From the NCBI GenBank assembly GCA_965602675.1, contig CBFCZO010000007.1, positions 4,240-68,239 on the forward strand: a stretch of DNA of 64,000 bases, written 5' to 3'. The position numbers and the translations under genes are program-made. This stretch comes from an uncultured bacterium (lineage in GTDB: Bacteria; Acidobacteriota; DATKUA01). Below are positions 1 to 9,502 of the stretch, piece after piece; within the stretch, counting starts at the first letter, position 1; each line of letters begins with the position of its first letter. The notes below the pieces were generated by a model that saw only the letters and a list, made by a program, of their open reading frames with translations, ran no database searches and was not told the DNA's origin.

Positions 1-542
1 ACAACGCATCGATCAAGGCGGCGCGCTTCGTCCGCTTCTGCAATGCCTTCAATCTCCCGATCGTCACCTTAGAGGACGTGCCGGGATTCATGCCGGGCAC
101 CTCACAGGAGTACGGCGGCATCATCCGCAACGGCGCCAAGCTGCTGTTCGCGTTCGCCGAGTGCACCGTGCCCAAGATCACCGTCGTTATCCGTAAGGCC
201 TACGGCGGCGCCTACTGCGTCATGAGCTCCAAGCACATCCGCGGCGACGTCAACTTCGCCTGGCCGACGGCCGAGATCGCCGTTATGGGCCCCGAGGGAG
301 CCGTGGAGATCATCTACAGCAAAGACCTCAAGGAGGCGGAGGATCCGGCGGCCAGGAAGGAGGAGCTGATGCAGCAGTACCTCGACCTCTTCGCCAACCC
401 CTACACGGCCGCCAAAAAGGGCTATATCGACGACGTCATCGAGCCCGCCAATACACGTTTCCGGATTGCAAAAGCGCTGGAGATGCTGGCGAGCAAACGG
501 GACTCCAATCCAGAAAAGAAAATCAGCAACATACCACTGTAA
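1..542 (+). CDS. mmdA: Acyl-CoA carboxyltransferase, C-terminal part (5'-truncated at window edge). Given the linked OadG-like/biotin-carrier/OadB genes, this is the methylmalonyl-CoA decarboxylase alpha subunit.
   Basis: In-frame translation from the window start carries the carboxyltransferase-domain signature (…[18 protein letters not shown]…[20 protein letters not shown]…), which matches the propionyl-CoA carboxylase beta / MmdA family. The stop is at 540-542. Confidence 0.85.
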   Translation, partial: NASIKAARFVRFCNAFNLPIVTLEDVPGFMPGTSQEYGGIIRNGAKLLFAFAECTVPKITVVIRKAYGGAYCVMSSKHIRGDVNFAWPTAEIAVMGPEGAVEIIYSKDLKEAEDPAARKEELMQQYLDLFANPYTAAKKGYIDDVIEPANTRFRIAKALEMLASKRDSNPEKKISNIPL

Positions 543-554
543 CAGGAGTCCGTC

Positions 555-857
555 GTGGAACTTGCAGATGCCCTGACAGTTGCCATCGCCGGCATGTCCG
601 TGGTTTTTTTCGGCCTGATACTGACCAGCCTGATCATTTCAGCTTTCAGCTTCGTACCGAACCTCCTCGAATCGATTAAAAACCGCGCCAAATTAAAATC
701 GGGTGAGAACCAGAGGAAGGTGGTTCTCGAAAACGTCGATCCGGATATCCTGGCCGTGATCGCGACCGTGCTCGAGGTGGAGCGGCGGCTCCAATACTCC
801 TACAGGGTCAGCAAGTTCACCTTCAAAGACAGGCAGCCGACATCCGGGCTTGTTTGA
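555..857 (+). CDS. Small membrane-anchored subunit, OadG/MmdD-like, of a Na+-translocating decarboxylase
   Basis: 100-aa protein with a GTG start 13 bp after mmdA. It has an N-terminal transmembrane helix (LTVAIAGMSVVFFGLILTSLII) and a charged tail, and sits between the carboxyltransferase and biotin-carrier genes as in mmd/oad operons. Confidence 0.6.
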   Translation: MELADALTVAIAGMSVVFFGLILTSLIISAFSFVPNLLESIKNRAKLKSGENQRKVVLENVDPDILAVIATVLEVERRLQYSYRVSKFTFKDRQPTSGLV

Positions 858-898
858 CCGGATTTGTCAGACAAATTCCTCAGCGGAGGATTCAATAA

Positions 899-1363
899 AT
901 GCGCGAATATGTTTTAGCCATAAGCGGCAAGGAGTACAAGGCCAGAGTGAAGGAGATCACCGCCGAGTACGCCCGGATCGTCGTCGATGATAAGGAGTAT
1001 CTCGTCGAGCTCGAGCAATTCGGCCAGAGCGAAATCTCCCCGCCGCCGGTCCGCAGAATCGAGCGGCAGCCCGCCGATACGGAGGCGCCCCTGAACGAGA
1101 CCCGGACGGTGACCACCTCCGCCGGACTCGCCGGCAGCGTCACCTCTCCCCTGCCCGGGACGATCCTGGAAATCCTGACGAACGAGGGCGATACGGTCAA
1201 GGCGGGCCAGAACCTGCTGGTGATGGAGTCGATGAAAATGGAAAACAAGATCCAGGCACCGCACGACGGCATGGTCAAGAAGATATTTGTCCGCAACGGC
1301 GACAACGTCTCCGAGGGCGACAAGCTCGTCGAGGTTACGCGCCCCATGATGACAACTCTGTGA
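899..1363 (+). CDS. Biotin carboxyl carrier protein (biotinyl domain), decarboxylase gamma subunit
   Basis: The C-terminal biotinyl-lysine motif ESMKMEN is embedded in a typical lipoyl/biotinyl domain (GQNLLVMESMKMENKIQAPHDGMV). A GGAGGA ribosome-binding site precedes the ATG. Confidence 0.85.
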   Translation: MREYVLAISGKEYKARVKEITAEYARIVVDDKEYLVELEQFGQSEISPPPVRRIERQPADTEAPLNETRTVTTSAGLAGSVTSPLPGTILEILTNEGDTVKAGQNLLVMESMKMENKIQAPHDGMVKKIFVRNGDNVSEGDKLVEVTRPMMTTL

Positions 1364-1417
1364 TAACTCTGCGCAACTGGAGCCGATTGTAAATGAAATA
1401 AAAGGATTCGGAACACC

Positions 1418-3100
1418 ATGAGAAAATGGTTGCTAATCCTGGTTGTGCTGCTGATTTCCCCGGCTGCGGAAGCCGGTGACAAGTTTATAGTCATTCATAC
1501 CGATGACCAGTACATCCGCCTCCTCAAAGGCACCGATGCGGGCATCGAGACCGGCACCACCGGCACGCTGCTCGACGCCAGGAAGGAAACCATCGGCGGC
1601 TTTGAAATCATAGAGGCGGAGGATGCCGTATCCATCGCGAGGGTCTCGCTGGCCGGCAATCACCTGCTCAAGGAACTGGACAGGGTCGACATCGAAACAC
1701 TCAACCTACTGGACATCGCCTTCAAATTCGAGAATTCCGATAGCTATTTCCTCGTCGACAAGGGCGAGAAGGACGGCGTCCGCAAGGGCACCAAGGGAAA
1801 GCTGCTCAAGGGCGGCAGGCTGATCGGATATTTCCGGATCATCTCTGCCGACGAATTGAATTCGACAGGACTTGCATACCAGCTCGATGTCGGCAGGGAT
1901 TATCGCGACGCCGAGACCGGCGAGTTCCAGGACTACTTCGAGCAGATAATCGGCAGCACCGGCCTAGTCAACCTCGATTACACAAACCTGATCATGATCG
2001 CCGTCGGCCTGCTCTTCATCTACCTGGCAATCGTGAAAGACTACGAGCCGCTGCTGCTGCTGCCGATCGGCTTCGGAATCCTGATCGGAAACATCCCGCT
2101 GCCGCTGCAACTGTTCAACAATATCTCGATCTATATGATCGACCCCATCACCCACCAATACGCCTTCAACACCACCGCCAACTCCGTTCTCGGTATCATC
2201 TATTCGCTTATAACCTCCGGCGTTCTACCGCCCCTGATCTTCCTCGGCATCGGGGCTATGACCGATTTCACAACCTTGCTCTCCAACCCAAAAACCGTCC
2301 TGCTGGGAGCGGCGGCACAGATCGGCGTGTTCGCGACTTTCCTCGGGGCGCTGTGGCTCGGCTTCAATCCGCAGTCCGCGGCTTCGATAGGAATTATCGG
2401 CGGGGCCGACGGCCCCACGGCTATCTTCCTCACCTCCAAGCTGGCGCCCTCGCTGATCGGCCCGATAGCCATAGCCGCCTACTCCTACATGGGCCTGATC
2501 CCCATCATCCAGCCCCCGATCATGAGGCTCCTGACTTCCACAAAGGAAAGGCTGATCCGGATGAAGCCCGGCCGCAAGGTCAGCAAGCGCGAGAAGATCA
2601 TCTTTCCCATCATCGCCTTTCTGGTGACCACGATGATCGCCCCCGGCGCCATCCCGCTGCTAGGTATGCTCTTCTTCGGCAACCTGCTCAAGGAATCCGG
2701 CGTCACCGCCCGCCTTGCCAAGACAGCAGCCAACGCGCTCATCGACATCGCAACCATTCTGCTCGGCTTGGGAGTGGGTGCCTCGACCACCGCGCAGGTG
2801 TTCCTCAACACAAAGTCTATCCTCATCTTTGTCCTCGGTTGCCTGGCGTTTATTGTCGCCAGCGCGTTCGGAATTCTCTTCGCCAAGTTCATGAACCTGT
2901 TCCTCGGCAAGGAAAACAAGATCAATCCGCTGATCGGCTCGGCTGGCGTCTCGGCTGTTCCCGACGCCGCCAGGGTCTCTGAGATGATCGGCCGCAGGTA
3001 TGATCCCAACAACCATCTGCTGATGCACGCCATGGGTCCAAATGTCGCCGGCGTCATCGGCTCAGGCATCGCCGCGGGGATCCTGCTGGGAATCTTTTAA
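1418..3100 (+). CDS. mmdB: Na+-transporting decarboxylase beta subunit (OadB/MmdB family) with an unusual ~180-aa N-terminal signal-anchored extension
   Basis: From residue ~185 onward the protein is a recognisable OadB: …IYLAIVKDYEPLLLLPIGFGILIGNIP… and C-terminal …SAGVSAVPDAA…MGPNVAGVIGS…. Upstream of that lies an N-terminal signal-like helix plus ~170 aa of Lys/Gly-rich, internally duplicated sequence, all in the same frame. Confidence 0.8.
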   Translation: MRKWLLILVVLLISPAAEAGDKFIVIHTDDQYIRLLKGTDAGIETGTTGTLLDARKETIGGFEIIEAEDAVSIARVSLAGNHLLKELDRVDIETLNLLDIAFKFENSDSYFLVDKGEKDGVRKGTKGKLLKGGRLIGYFRIISADELNSTGLAYQLDVGRDYRDAETGEFQDYFEQIIGSTGLVNLDYTNLIMIAVGLLFIYLAIVKDYEPLLLLPIGFGILIGNIPLPLQLFNNISIYMIDPITHQYAFNTTANSVLGIIYSLITSGVLPPLIFLGIGAMTDFTTLLSNPKTVLLGAAAQIGVFATFLGALWLGFNPQSAASIGIIGGADGPTAIFLTSKLAPSLIGPIAIAAYSYMGLIPIIQPPIMRLLTSTKERLIRMKPGRKVSKREKIIFPIIAFLVTTMIAPGAIPLLGMLFFGNLLKESGVTARLAKTAANALIDIATILLGLGVGASTTAQVFLNTKSILIFVLGCLAFIVASAFGILFAKFMNLFLGKENKINPLIGSAGVSAVPDAARVSEMIGRRYDPNNHLLMHAMGPNVAGVIGSGIAAGILLGIF

Positions 3101-3111
3101 GGAGTTCTAAT

Positions 3112-4029
3112 ATGTCCAAAATTCTTTCGGTTGTGCCAAATATATGCGAGGGCAGGGATCCCAAATTCATCGACTTCCTCGTGCAGAAGTTGCATGCCGT
3201 GAAGGGCCTGATCCTGCTCGACGTTTCCAGTGACACATCCCGCAACCGGACCGTTTTCTCCTTCACCGGCAAGCCCGAGGTGATCTTCCAGGGCGGCTTT
3301 GTACTGTATGAAGAAGCAATGAAACATATCGACATGCGCCGCCACGAGGGCTCATACCCGCGGATCGGCGCGGTGGACGTGTTTCCTTTCGTGCCGCTCA
3401 CGAACGTATCGATCGAAGAAGCCGTCGAGCTTTCTGTCGACTTCGCCAGGCAGGTGGCCGACCGATTCAAAGTGCCGGTCTATCTCTTCGCCGAGTCGGC
3501 ACAGGTGCCCAGCAGGAGGGACGTCGAAAGCATCCGCGAGGGCGAATTCGAGGGCCTGGAGCAAAAGCTGAAGGCACCCCGATGGAAACCGGACTTCGGA
3601 CCGATCGAGTTCAAGCCCGATTTCGGCGCGACGATCATCGGCGCCCGCTATCCGCTTATCAGCTTCAAGGTGCTGCTCAACACCTCGGATAAGGGTATCG
3701 CCCAGGTGATCAGCCAGGCCGTAGAGGATATCGTTCACGTCCATTCCTATTGCGGCATCGAGCCCGAGCGCAAGCTCATGCAGCTCACCGTCTCGATCTC
3801 CAACTACCGCAAGAAGCCGATGTACAAGGTGATCGAGGCGATCCGCATGGAGGCACGGCGCTACGGCGTTTGCATCGCCAATGTCGAAATGATAGGCCTC
3901 ATTCCGGAGGTGGCCTTCATCGAGTCTGCGCTTTACTACATGAACATTCACCAGTTTCCGATCGACCGCCTGCTCGAGCGCAGCGTGCAAAAGCACCTGT
4001 CGGAGCGCATCCAACTGGAAGAAGAATAA
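3112..4029 (+). CDS. Glutamate formimidoyltransferase (formiminotransferase domain)
   Basis: The N-terminal …VPNICEGRD… motif and 305-aa length match the FtcD formiminotransferase domain. An AAGGAG ribosome-binding site precedes the ATG. Confidence 0.75.
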   Translation: MSKILSVVPNICEGRDPKFIDFLVQKLHAVKGLILLDVSSDTSRNRTVFSFTGKPEVIFQGGFVLYEEAMKHIDMRRHEGSYPRIGAVDVFPFVPLTNVSIEEAVELSVDFARQVADRFKVPVYLFAESAQVPSRRDVESIREGEFEGLEQKLKAPRWKPDFGPIEFKPDFGATIIGARYPLISFKVLLNTSDKGIAQVISQAVEDIVHVHSYCGIEPERKLMQLTVSISNYRKKPMYKVIEAIRMEARRYGVCIANVEMIGLIPEVAFIESALYYMNIHQFPIDRLLERSVQKHLSERIQLEEE

Positions 4030-4049
4030 GTTTGCAGACAGTATAAACA

Positions 4050-4086
4050 CAACGGGGCCGCGTCTCACACGGTGGCCCCGTTTTGT
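4050..4086. terminator. Bidirectional intrinsic terminator between convergent genes
   Basis: ACGGGGCC…GGCCCCGT hairpin followed by TTTTG, located between the stop at 4029 (+) and the stop at 4093 (-). Confidence 0.6.
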
Positions 4087-4092
4087 CTCAAC

Positions 4093-5775
4093 TCAAACTG
4101 TAAGAATTTCTTGATGCTCGCCGAAGACGGCCCTCAGTGCGTCGGAGATCTCACCCAATGTCGTGTAGCAGCGGACGCACTCGAGGATGGGCGGCATCAC
4201 GTTCTCGCTCCCCGCAGCAGCCTCTCTCAAGCGCTTAAGCGATTGGCGAACCGCGCCGTTGTCGCGCGATGAACGCAGATCGGCCAGCTCCTTAATCTTG
4301 TCCTGCTCGACCGTTTCGTCAATGTGCAGGAGGTCCGCCTCATTCTCCGCTTTGCTGCTGCGGAACCGGTTGACGCCGACAACAACCTGGTCACCCTTCT
4401 CGATCGCCCGCTGATAACGGTAAGCCGCATCCTGGATCTCGCCTTGGACGAAGCCGTTCTCGATCGCCCTGATCGCGCCGCCGACCTCATCAATCCGCTC
4501 GATATACTCAGCCGCACGGCGTTCGATCTCGTCGGTCAAACTCTCGATCGCGTAGCTGCCGGCGAGCGGATCGATCGTATCGGCCACGCCGCTCTCATAA
4601 GCGATAACCTGTTGCGTGCGCAAGGCGATTTCCACCGTCCTCTCGCTAGGCAGCGCCATCGCTTCGTCGAGGCTGTTGGTGTGCAGGCTTTGCGTGCCTC
4701 CGAGAACGGCAGCGAGCGCCTGGAGCGCCACGCGCACCACGTTGTTCTCCGGCTGCTGTGCGGTCAGCGTCGAGCCGGCGGTCTGCGTGTGGAATCGCAG
4801 CAGCATCGACTTGGGGTCCTTCGCCCCGAAGCGTTCCTTGACGATCCGCGCCCACAGCCGGCGCGCAGCACGGAACTTGGCGATTTCCTCGAGGAAATTG
4901 TTGTGGCAGTTGAAGAAAAACGCGATCCGCGGTGCGATGTAGTCTACTTCCAGGCCGGCGCCCTTCGCTGCCTCAAGATAGGCGATTGCGTTGGCCAGCG
5001 TGAAGGCCACCTCCTGCACCGCCGTGCTGCCGGCCTCGCGGATGTGGTAGCCGCTGATGCTGATCGTGTTCCATTTCGGAACGTGGCTGTGGCAGAACTC
5101 GAAGATGTTGGTGATGATCCGCATCGACGCAGCCGGTGGGAAAATGTAGGTGCCGCGCGCGACGTACTCCTTGAGTATGTCGTTCTGGATCGTGCCGCGC
5201 AGGTTGTTAGCCGCCACGCCGGTCTGCTCCGCGCGGGCGATGTAGAGAGCCAGCAGAGTCGAGGCCGTGGCGTTGATTGTCATCGACGTCGACACCTTGT
5301 CGAGCGGGATACCGTCGAACAGCACCTCGAAATCGCGCAGGCTGTCGATGGCCACGCCGACCTTGCCGACCTCGCCGTGGCTCATCGGATGGTCGCTGTC
5401 GTAACCGATCTGCGTCGGCAGGTCGAACGCCACGCTCAGACCGGTTGTCCCCTGCTCCAGCAGATACTTGTAGCGCTGGTTGGATTCGGCCGCGGTGGCG
5501 AAACCGCTGTACTGGCGCATCGTCCAGAATCGCCCGCAGTACATCGTCGGCTGCACCCCGCGTGTGAACGGATATTCTCCCGGGAAACCGAGCTTCTTGA
5601 CGTAAGACCATCCATCGTCGTCCAGATCGGTGGGATCGAAACAGCGCTTCATCTCGATTCCGCTGCTCGTCTCGAACTTCGCCTTGCGCTCAGGATATTT
5701 ATCAAGGGCCTTTGATGTTTTGGCGGCCCATCGTTCCTTCTCGTTCAGCAACGTCTGCCGTTCTGAGTCGTCCAT
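4093..5775 (-). CDS. Methylmalonyl-CoA mutase, large catalytic (N-terminal) domain subunit; no fused B12-binding domain
   Basis: Strong mutase signatures (…[67 protein letters not shown]…). The chosen start is M22 of the ORF, at 5775, behind an AGGAGG site. The protein ends before any B12-binding (DxHxxG) domain. Confidence 0.9.
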   Translation of the reverse strand: MDDSERQTLLNEKERWAAKTSKALDKYPERKAKFETSSGIEMKRCFDPTDLDDDGWSYVKKLGFPGEYPFTRGVQPTMYCGRFWTMRQYSGFATAAESNQRYKYLLEQGTTGLSVAFDLPTQIGYDSDHPMSHGEVGKVGVAIDSLRDFEVLFDGIPLDKVSTSMTINATASTLLALYIARAEQTGVAANNLRGTIQNDILKEYVARGTYIFPPAASMRIITNIFEFCHSHVPKWNTISISGYHIREAGSTAVQEVAFTLANAIAYLEAAKGAGLEVDYIAPRIAFFFNCHNNFLEEIAKFRAARRLWARIVKERFGAKDPKSMLLRFHTQTAGSTLTAQQPENNVVRVALQALAAVLGGTQSLHTNSLDEAMALPSERTVEIALRTQQVIAYESGVADTIDPLAGSYAIESLTDEIERRAAEYIERIDEVGGAIRAIENGFVQGEIQDAAYRYQRAIEKGDQVVVGVNRFRSSKAENEADLLHIDETVEQDKIKELADLRSSRDNGAVRQSLKRLREAAAGSENVMPPILECVRCYTTLGEISDALRAVFGEHQEILTV

Positions 5776-5968
5776 AGGTTCCTCCTGGTGCGCAAAGCCA
5801 CGGAGCATTCTATGTGCGCGCCATCGCAATGGCAACAAATCGGCGAAACAAATCGACCCTGCAGGAACGATTTAAATGCTGCGCTCGCCGCGGCTGCCAC
5901 AAATCCCTTGTATGTACAATAAAAAGCCCCACGGGAAACCGCAGGGCTTTGGTTCGCTGATTCCCGGA

Positions 5969-8089
5969 CTATTGCGTGATACCGAGCAGGTCGAACATAA
6001 AGGCGTAGTAGAAGGCGTAGTCGCGGTAGCGCTTGAAGCGGCCGGAGGCGCCGCCGTGGCCGGCCTCCATGTTCGTCCTCAGCAGTAGACGGTTGTCGTC
6101 GGTCTTGAGCGCGCGTAGCTTGGCCACCCACTTGGCCGGCTCGAAGTACTGCACCTGTGAGTCGTGCAGGCTGGTTGTGACCAGCATGTTGGGGTAGGCC
6201 TTAGCCTCCACCTGGTCGTAGGGCGAGTAGGAAAGCATGTAGTCGTAGTACACCTTGTCGTTGGGGTTGCCCCACTCGTCGTACTCGCTGGTGGTCAGCG
6301 GGATGGAGGGATCGAGCATCGTGGTGATCACGTCGACCCACGGCACGTGCGCGAGGATGCCCTTGAACTGCTCGGGCGCCATGTTGGCGATCGCGCCCAT
6401 AAGCAGGCCGCCGGCGCTGCCGCCCTGCGCGAAGAGGCCGTCGGCGTAAGTGTAGTCCTCGTCGCAGAGGTACTTGGCGCAGTCGATGAAGTCGGTAAAG
6501 GTGTTCTTCTTCTTCAGCAGCTTGCCGTCGTCGTACCACCACCGGCCGAGCTCCTGACCGCCGCGCACGTGCGCGATGGCGTAGGAGACGCCGCGGTCGA
6601 CCAGCGTCAGGCGGATCGAGCTGAAGGTGGCGTCCGTGCTCGAGCCATACGAACCATAAGCATAGAGCAACAGCGGATTGGTACCGTCCTTCTTCATCAG
6701 CTCGGTCTTGTAGACGAGCGAGATCGGCACCTTGACGCCGTCGCGCGCGGTCGCCCACAGCCGCTCCGTGGTGTAGTTGGCGGGATCGAAGTCGCCCAGC
6801 ACCTCGTCGCGCTTCATCAACTCCTGCTCTCGCGAGGCCATATTGTAGTCGTAGGTCGACCAGGGCGTCGTCAGCGAGCTGTACCTGTAGCGCACCACGG
6901 GAGTGTCGAACTCCGGATTGGTGCTGACGTAGGCCATGTAAGCCGGCTCGCCGAAGTCGATGTAGTGCTCCTCGCCACCGTCCCAGGGCGCTATGCGGAT
7001 CTGGTTGAGGCCGTTCTTGCGCTCCTGCAGCACCAAGTAGTCCTTGAAGATCTCGATCCCTTCAAGCAACACGTCCTCGCGGTGCGGGATCACTTCCTCC
7101 CAGTTCTCCTGGGCGGTGGCCGTCACCGGGGTCTTCAGCAGGCGGAAGTTCTGCGCGTCCCAGTTGCTGACGATGTAGAAGTAGTCGCCGAAGTGGTCGA
7201 TCGAGTACTCGTGCTCGCGTTCGCGGGGCATAAAGAGTGTGAACTCGCCGGAGGGGTTGTCCGCGTCGAGGAAGCGGTACTCCGCGGCCAGCGTCTGTTG
7301 GCTGGCGATGATGATGTAGCGATCCGATTTCGTCTTCCATACGTAGGCTTCGAAAGTGTCATCGTCCTCCTGGTAAATCAGCGCGTCGCCGGCCGGGTCG
7401 CTGCCCAGCTCGTGGAGGTAGATCTGGAAGGAGCGCAGCGTCTCGGGGTCCTGCTTGCCGTAGAAAACCGTCTTGTTGTCGTTGGCCCAAGCCACGTTTC
7501 CCGTGACGTCGGGGATGACGTCGTCGTACATTTCGCCGCTCTCGATGTTCATAAAGGAGATGGTGTAGAAGCGCCGGCCGACAGTGTCCACGCCGTAGGC
7601 GAGGAGCTTGTTGTCGGTGCTGACGTTGAGGCCGCGGATGCTGAAGAACGGGTGGCCCTCGGCCAGCATGTTGGAGTCGACCATGATCTCCTCCTCGGCC
7701 TCGAGCGTGCCCGCCTTGCGGCAGTAGATCGCGTACTCCTTGCCCTCCTCGAAGCGGCTGTAGTACCAATAGCCGTTCTTGAAGTAGGGCACCGACTCGT
7801 CGGTCTGCTTGATGCGGCCCTTGATCTCCTCGAAGAGTTTCTCCTGGAAATCCTCTGTGTTGGCCATCATCTTCGCGGTGTAGTCGTTCTCGGCGGTCAG
7901 GTAGGCAATCACCTCGGGATTCTCGCGCTCCTTGAGCCAGTAATAGTTGTCGACGCGGACATCGCCATGTATTTCGAGTTCCTTCGCCTCAATCTTGGCG
8001 ACCGGGGGCTGAACTGCCTGTTCCGCCGGCTGGCAAGAAACCAGCATAAGAAGCAGAAACAGTGGTATTAATGCTTTGACTGAACGCAT
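5969..8089 (-). CDS. ptrB: Oligopeptidase B / prolyl oligopeptidase family (S9A) serine peptidase; lipoprotein signal
   Basis: N-terminal beta-propeller region and C-terminal catalytic region (…GGSAGGLLMGAIANMAPEQFKG…) match the S9A family. The signal peptide ends in LVSC. Confidence 0.85.
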   Translation of the reverse strand: MRSVKALIPLFLLLMLVSCQPAEQAVQPPVAKIEAKELEIHGDVRVDNYYWLKERENPEVIAYLTAENDYTAKMMANTEDFQEKLFEEIKGRIKQTDESVPYFKNGYWYYSRFEEGKEYAIYCRKAGTLEAEEEIMVDSNMLAEGHPFFSIRGLNVSTDNKLLAYGVDTVGRRFYTISFMNIESGEMYDDVIPDVTGNVAWANDNKTVFYGKQDPETLRSFQIYLHELGSDPAGDALIYQEDDDTFEAYVWKTKSDRYIIIASQQTLAAEYRFLDADNPSGEFTLFMPREREHEYSIDHFGDYFYIVSNWDAQNFRLLKTPVTATAQENWEEVIPHREDVLLEGIEIFKDYLVLQERKNGLNQIRIAPWDGGEEHYIDFGEPAYMAYVSTNPEFDTPVVRYRYSSLTTPWSTYDYNMASREQELMKRDEVLGDFDPANYTTERLWATARDGVKVPISLVYKTELMKKDGTNPLLLYAYGSYGSSTDATFSSIRLTLVDRGVSYAIAHVRGGQELGRWWYDDGKLLKKKNTFTDFIDCAKYLCDEDYTYADGLFAQGGSAGGLLMGAIANMAPEQFKGILAHVPWVDVITTMLDPSIPLTTSEYDEWGNPNDKVYYDYMLSYSPYDQVEAKAYPNMLVTTSLHDSQVQYFEPAKWVAKLRALKTDDNRLLLRTNMEAGHGGASGRFKRYRDYAFYYAFMFDLLGITQ

Positions 8090-8304
8090 TTGGCACCTCT
8101 CGGTTTCAGTAGACTTAACGGATTCCTTCCTGCATATCAGAGTAGCTGTTTCCAGTGAGGCTTTTGGTAAATGCTGATTATATTGGCGGGCATACCATTA
8201 CGCAAATATGGAACGCCGCCGGCCGGGCATTGTCTTGCGGCTCTCATATGAATTAATCTGGTGACCGCCCGCCGGACGCTGAATAAACCGTTTTGGTGAA
8301 GAAA

Positions 8305-9489
8305 ATGATCCCGGTAACAAAAGAGAATTCTTTTGATGTCTTGATCGTCGGCGGCGGCATCATGGGCTGCAGCACCGCCTATTATCTGCTTTCCACCGAT
8401 CCCGCCGTCTCGGTTGCCGTCATCGAGAAGGACCCCACGTATCAACTGGCATCCACCGCCCTCTCGATGGCCAACGTTCGTATCCAGTTCTCCCTCAAGG
8501 AAAACATCCTCATCTCCAAGTACGCGATGGAGGTGCTGGAACGGTTCGGCGAGGAGATGGAGATCGACGGCGAGATCCCCGATCCGGCCTTCCATCGGGA
8601 AGGCAATCTGTTTTTATTCAAGGAAGAGGAACTGGAGCCGGCACGGGCGGCCATGCAACTCCAACAAGACCTCGGCTGCAATGTTGAGTGGCTGGAACCG
8701 AACGAGATCATCAAACGCTTTCCGCTTTACAAAACAGACGGCTTCGCCGGCGCGACGTTCGGACCCGACGACGGCCATATCGACGCCCACTCGTTCCTTA
8801 TGGGCTATCGCTCTAAAGCTAAAAGCCTGGGCGCGGAATTTAGCAGAGGCGAAGTTGTTCGAGTTATCGTCGATAAAAACAGGGCATGCGGCATCGAACT
8901 GGCATCCGGCGACAAACTCAAATCGGAAGTCGTCGTCAACTGCGCGGGAGCGTGGGCGGCCGATCTTGCCAAAACGGTGGGCATCGAAATACCTGTGTTA
9001 CCGGTCAAGAGGCAGGTCTTTGCCCTCGACACCGAGGTCAAGCCTGAGGGGCAACTGCCGTTGACAAACCTGCCATCAGGGCTTTATTTCCGCACCGAAA
9101 CGGGCGACCTCATCCTCTGCGGAAAATCGCTGCCCGAAGATCAGGTAGGCTACGACACTTTATTGGACAACAGAAGATTCGAAGACATCTTGTGGCCGGA
9201 GCTGGCCGCATTCGTGCCCGCCTTCGACCGACTCAGGCTCGTCCGCGGGTGGGCGGGGCTCTACGCCGTCAACACCTTCGACGGCAACGCTTTCCTCGGA
9301 GAATGGCCGGAGCTGAAGGGCTTTTACCTCGCCAACGGATTCTCGGGACACGGCTTGCAGCAGGGCCCGGCGGTCGGCCGATATCTCTCGGAGCTGATCC
9401 TGAAAAAACGGCCCGCTCTGGACCTGAGCATTTTCTCGCCGGTGAGACTCCTGGAAGACAGGCAGGTGCTCGAAAGCGGCCTGGTTTGA
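8305..9489 (+). CDS. FAD-dependent oxidoreductase (DAO family; sarcosine/D-amino-acid oxidase-like)
   Basis: N-terminal Rossmann GxGxxG (DVLIVGGGIMGCSTAYYL) and 395-aa length. The ORF opens at a TTG at 8293; the ATG at 8305 is preferred. Confidence 0.75.
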   Translation: MIPVTKENSFDVLIVGGGIMGCSTAYYLLSTDPAVSVAVIEKDPTYQLASTALSMANVRIQFSLKENILISKYAMEVLERFGEEMEIDGEIPDPAFHREGNLFLFKEEELEPARAAMQLQQDLGCNVEWLEPNEIIKRFPLYKTDGFAGATFGPDDGHIDAHSFLMGYRSKAKSLGAEFSRGEVVRVIVDKNRACGIELASGDKLKSEVVVNCAGAWAADLAKTVGIEIPVLPVKRQVFALDTEVKPEGQLPLTNLPSGLYFRTETGDLILCGKSLPEDQVGYDTLLDNRRFEDILWPELAAFVPAFDRLRLVRGWAGLYAVNTFDGNAFLGEWPELKGFYLANGFSGHGLQQGPAVGRYLSELILKKRPALDLSIFSPVRLLEDRQVLESGLV

Positions 9490-9502
9490 CCACCAGGCTC
9501 CG

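Noticed and set aside
4324-5715. Long antisense ORFs opposite real genes, for example 4324-5715 (+), 6164-8071 (+), 19612-21576 (-), 24529-25656 (-), 36759-37556 (+), 45927-47243 (+), 62698-63309 (+)
   Set aside because: They are Arg/Ala/Gly-rich, low-complexity translations typical of the reverse frame of high-GC genes. The opposite strand carries clear family signatures and ribosome-binding sites.
8137-8595. 152-aa minus-strand ORF overlapping the start of the FAD oxidoreductase gene
   Set aside because: It lies antisense to a well-supported gene and has no recognisable motifs.
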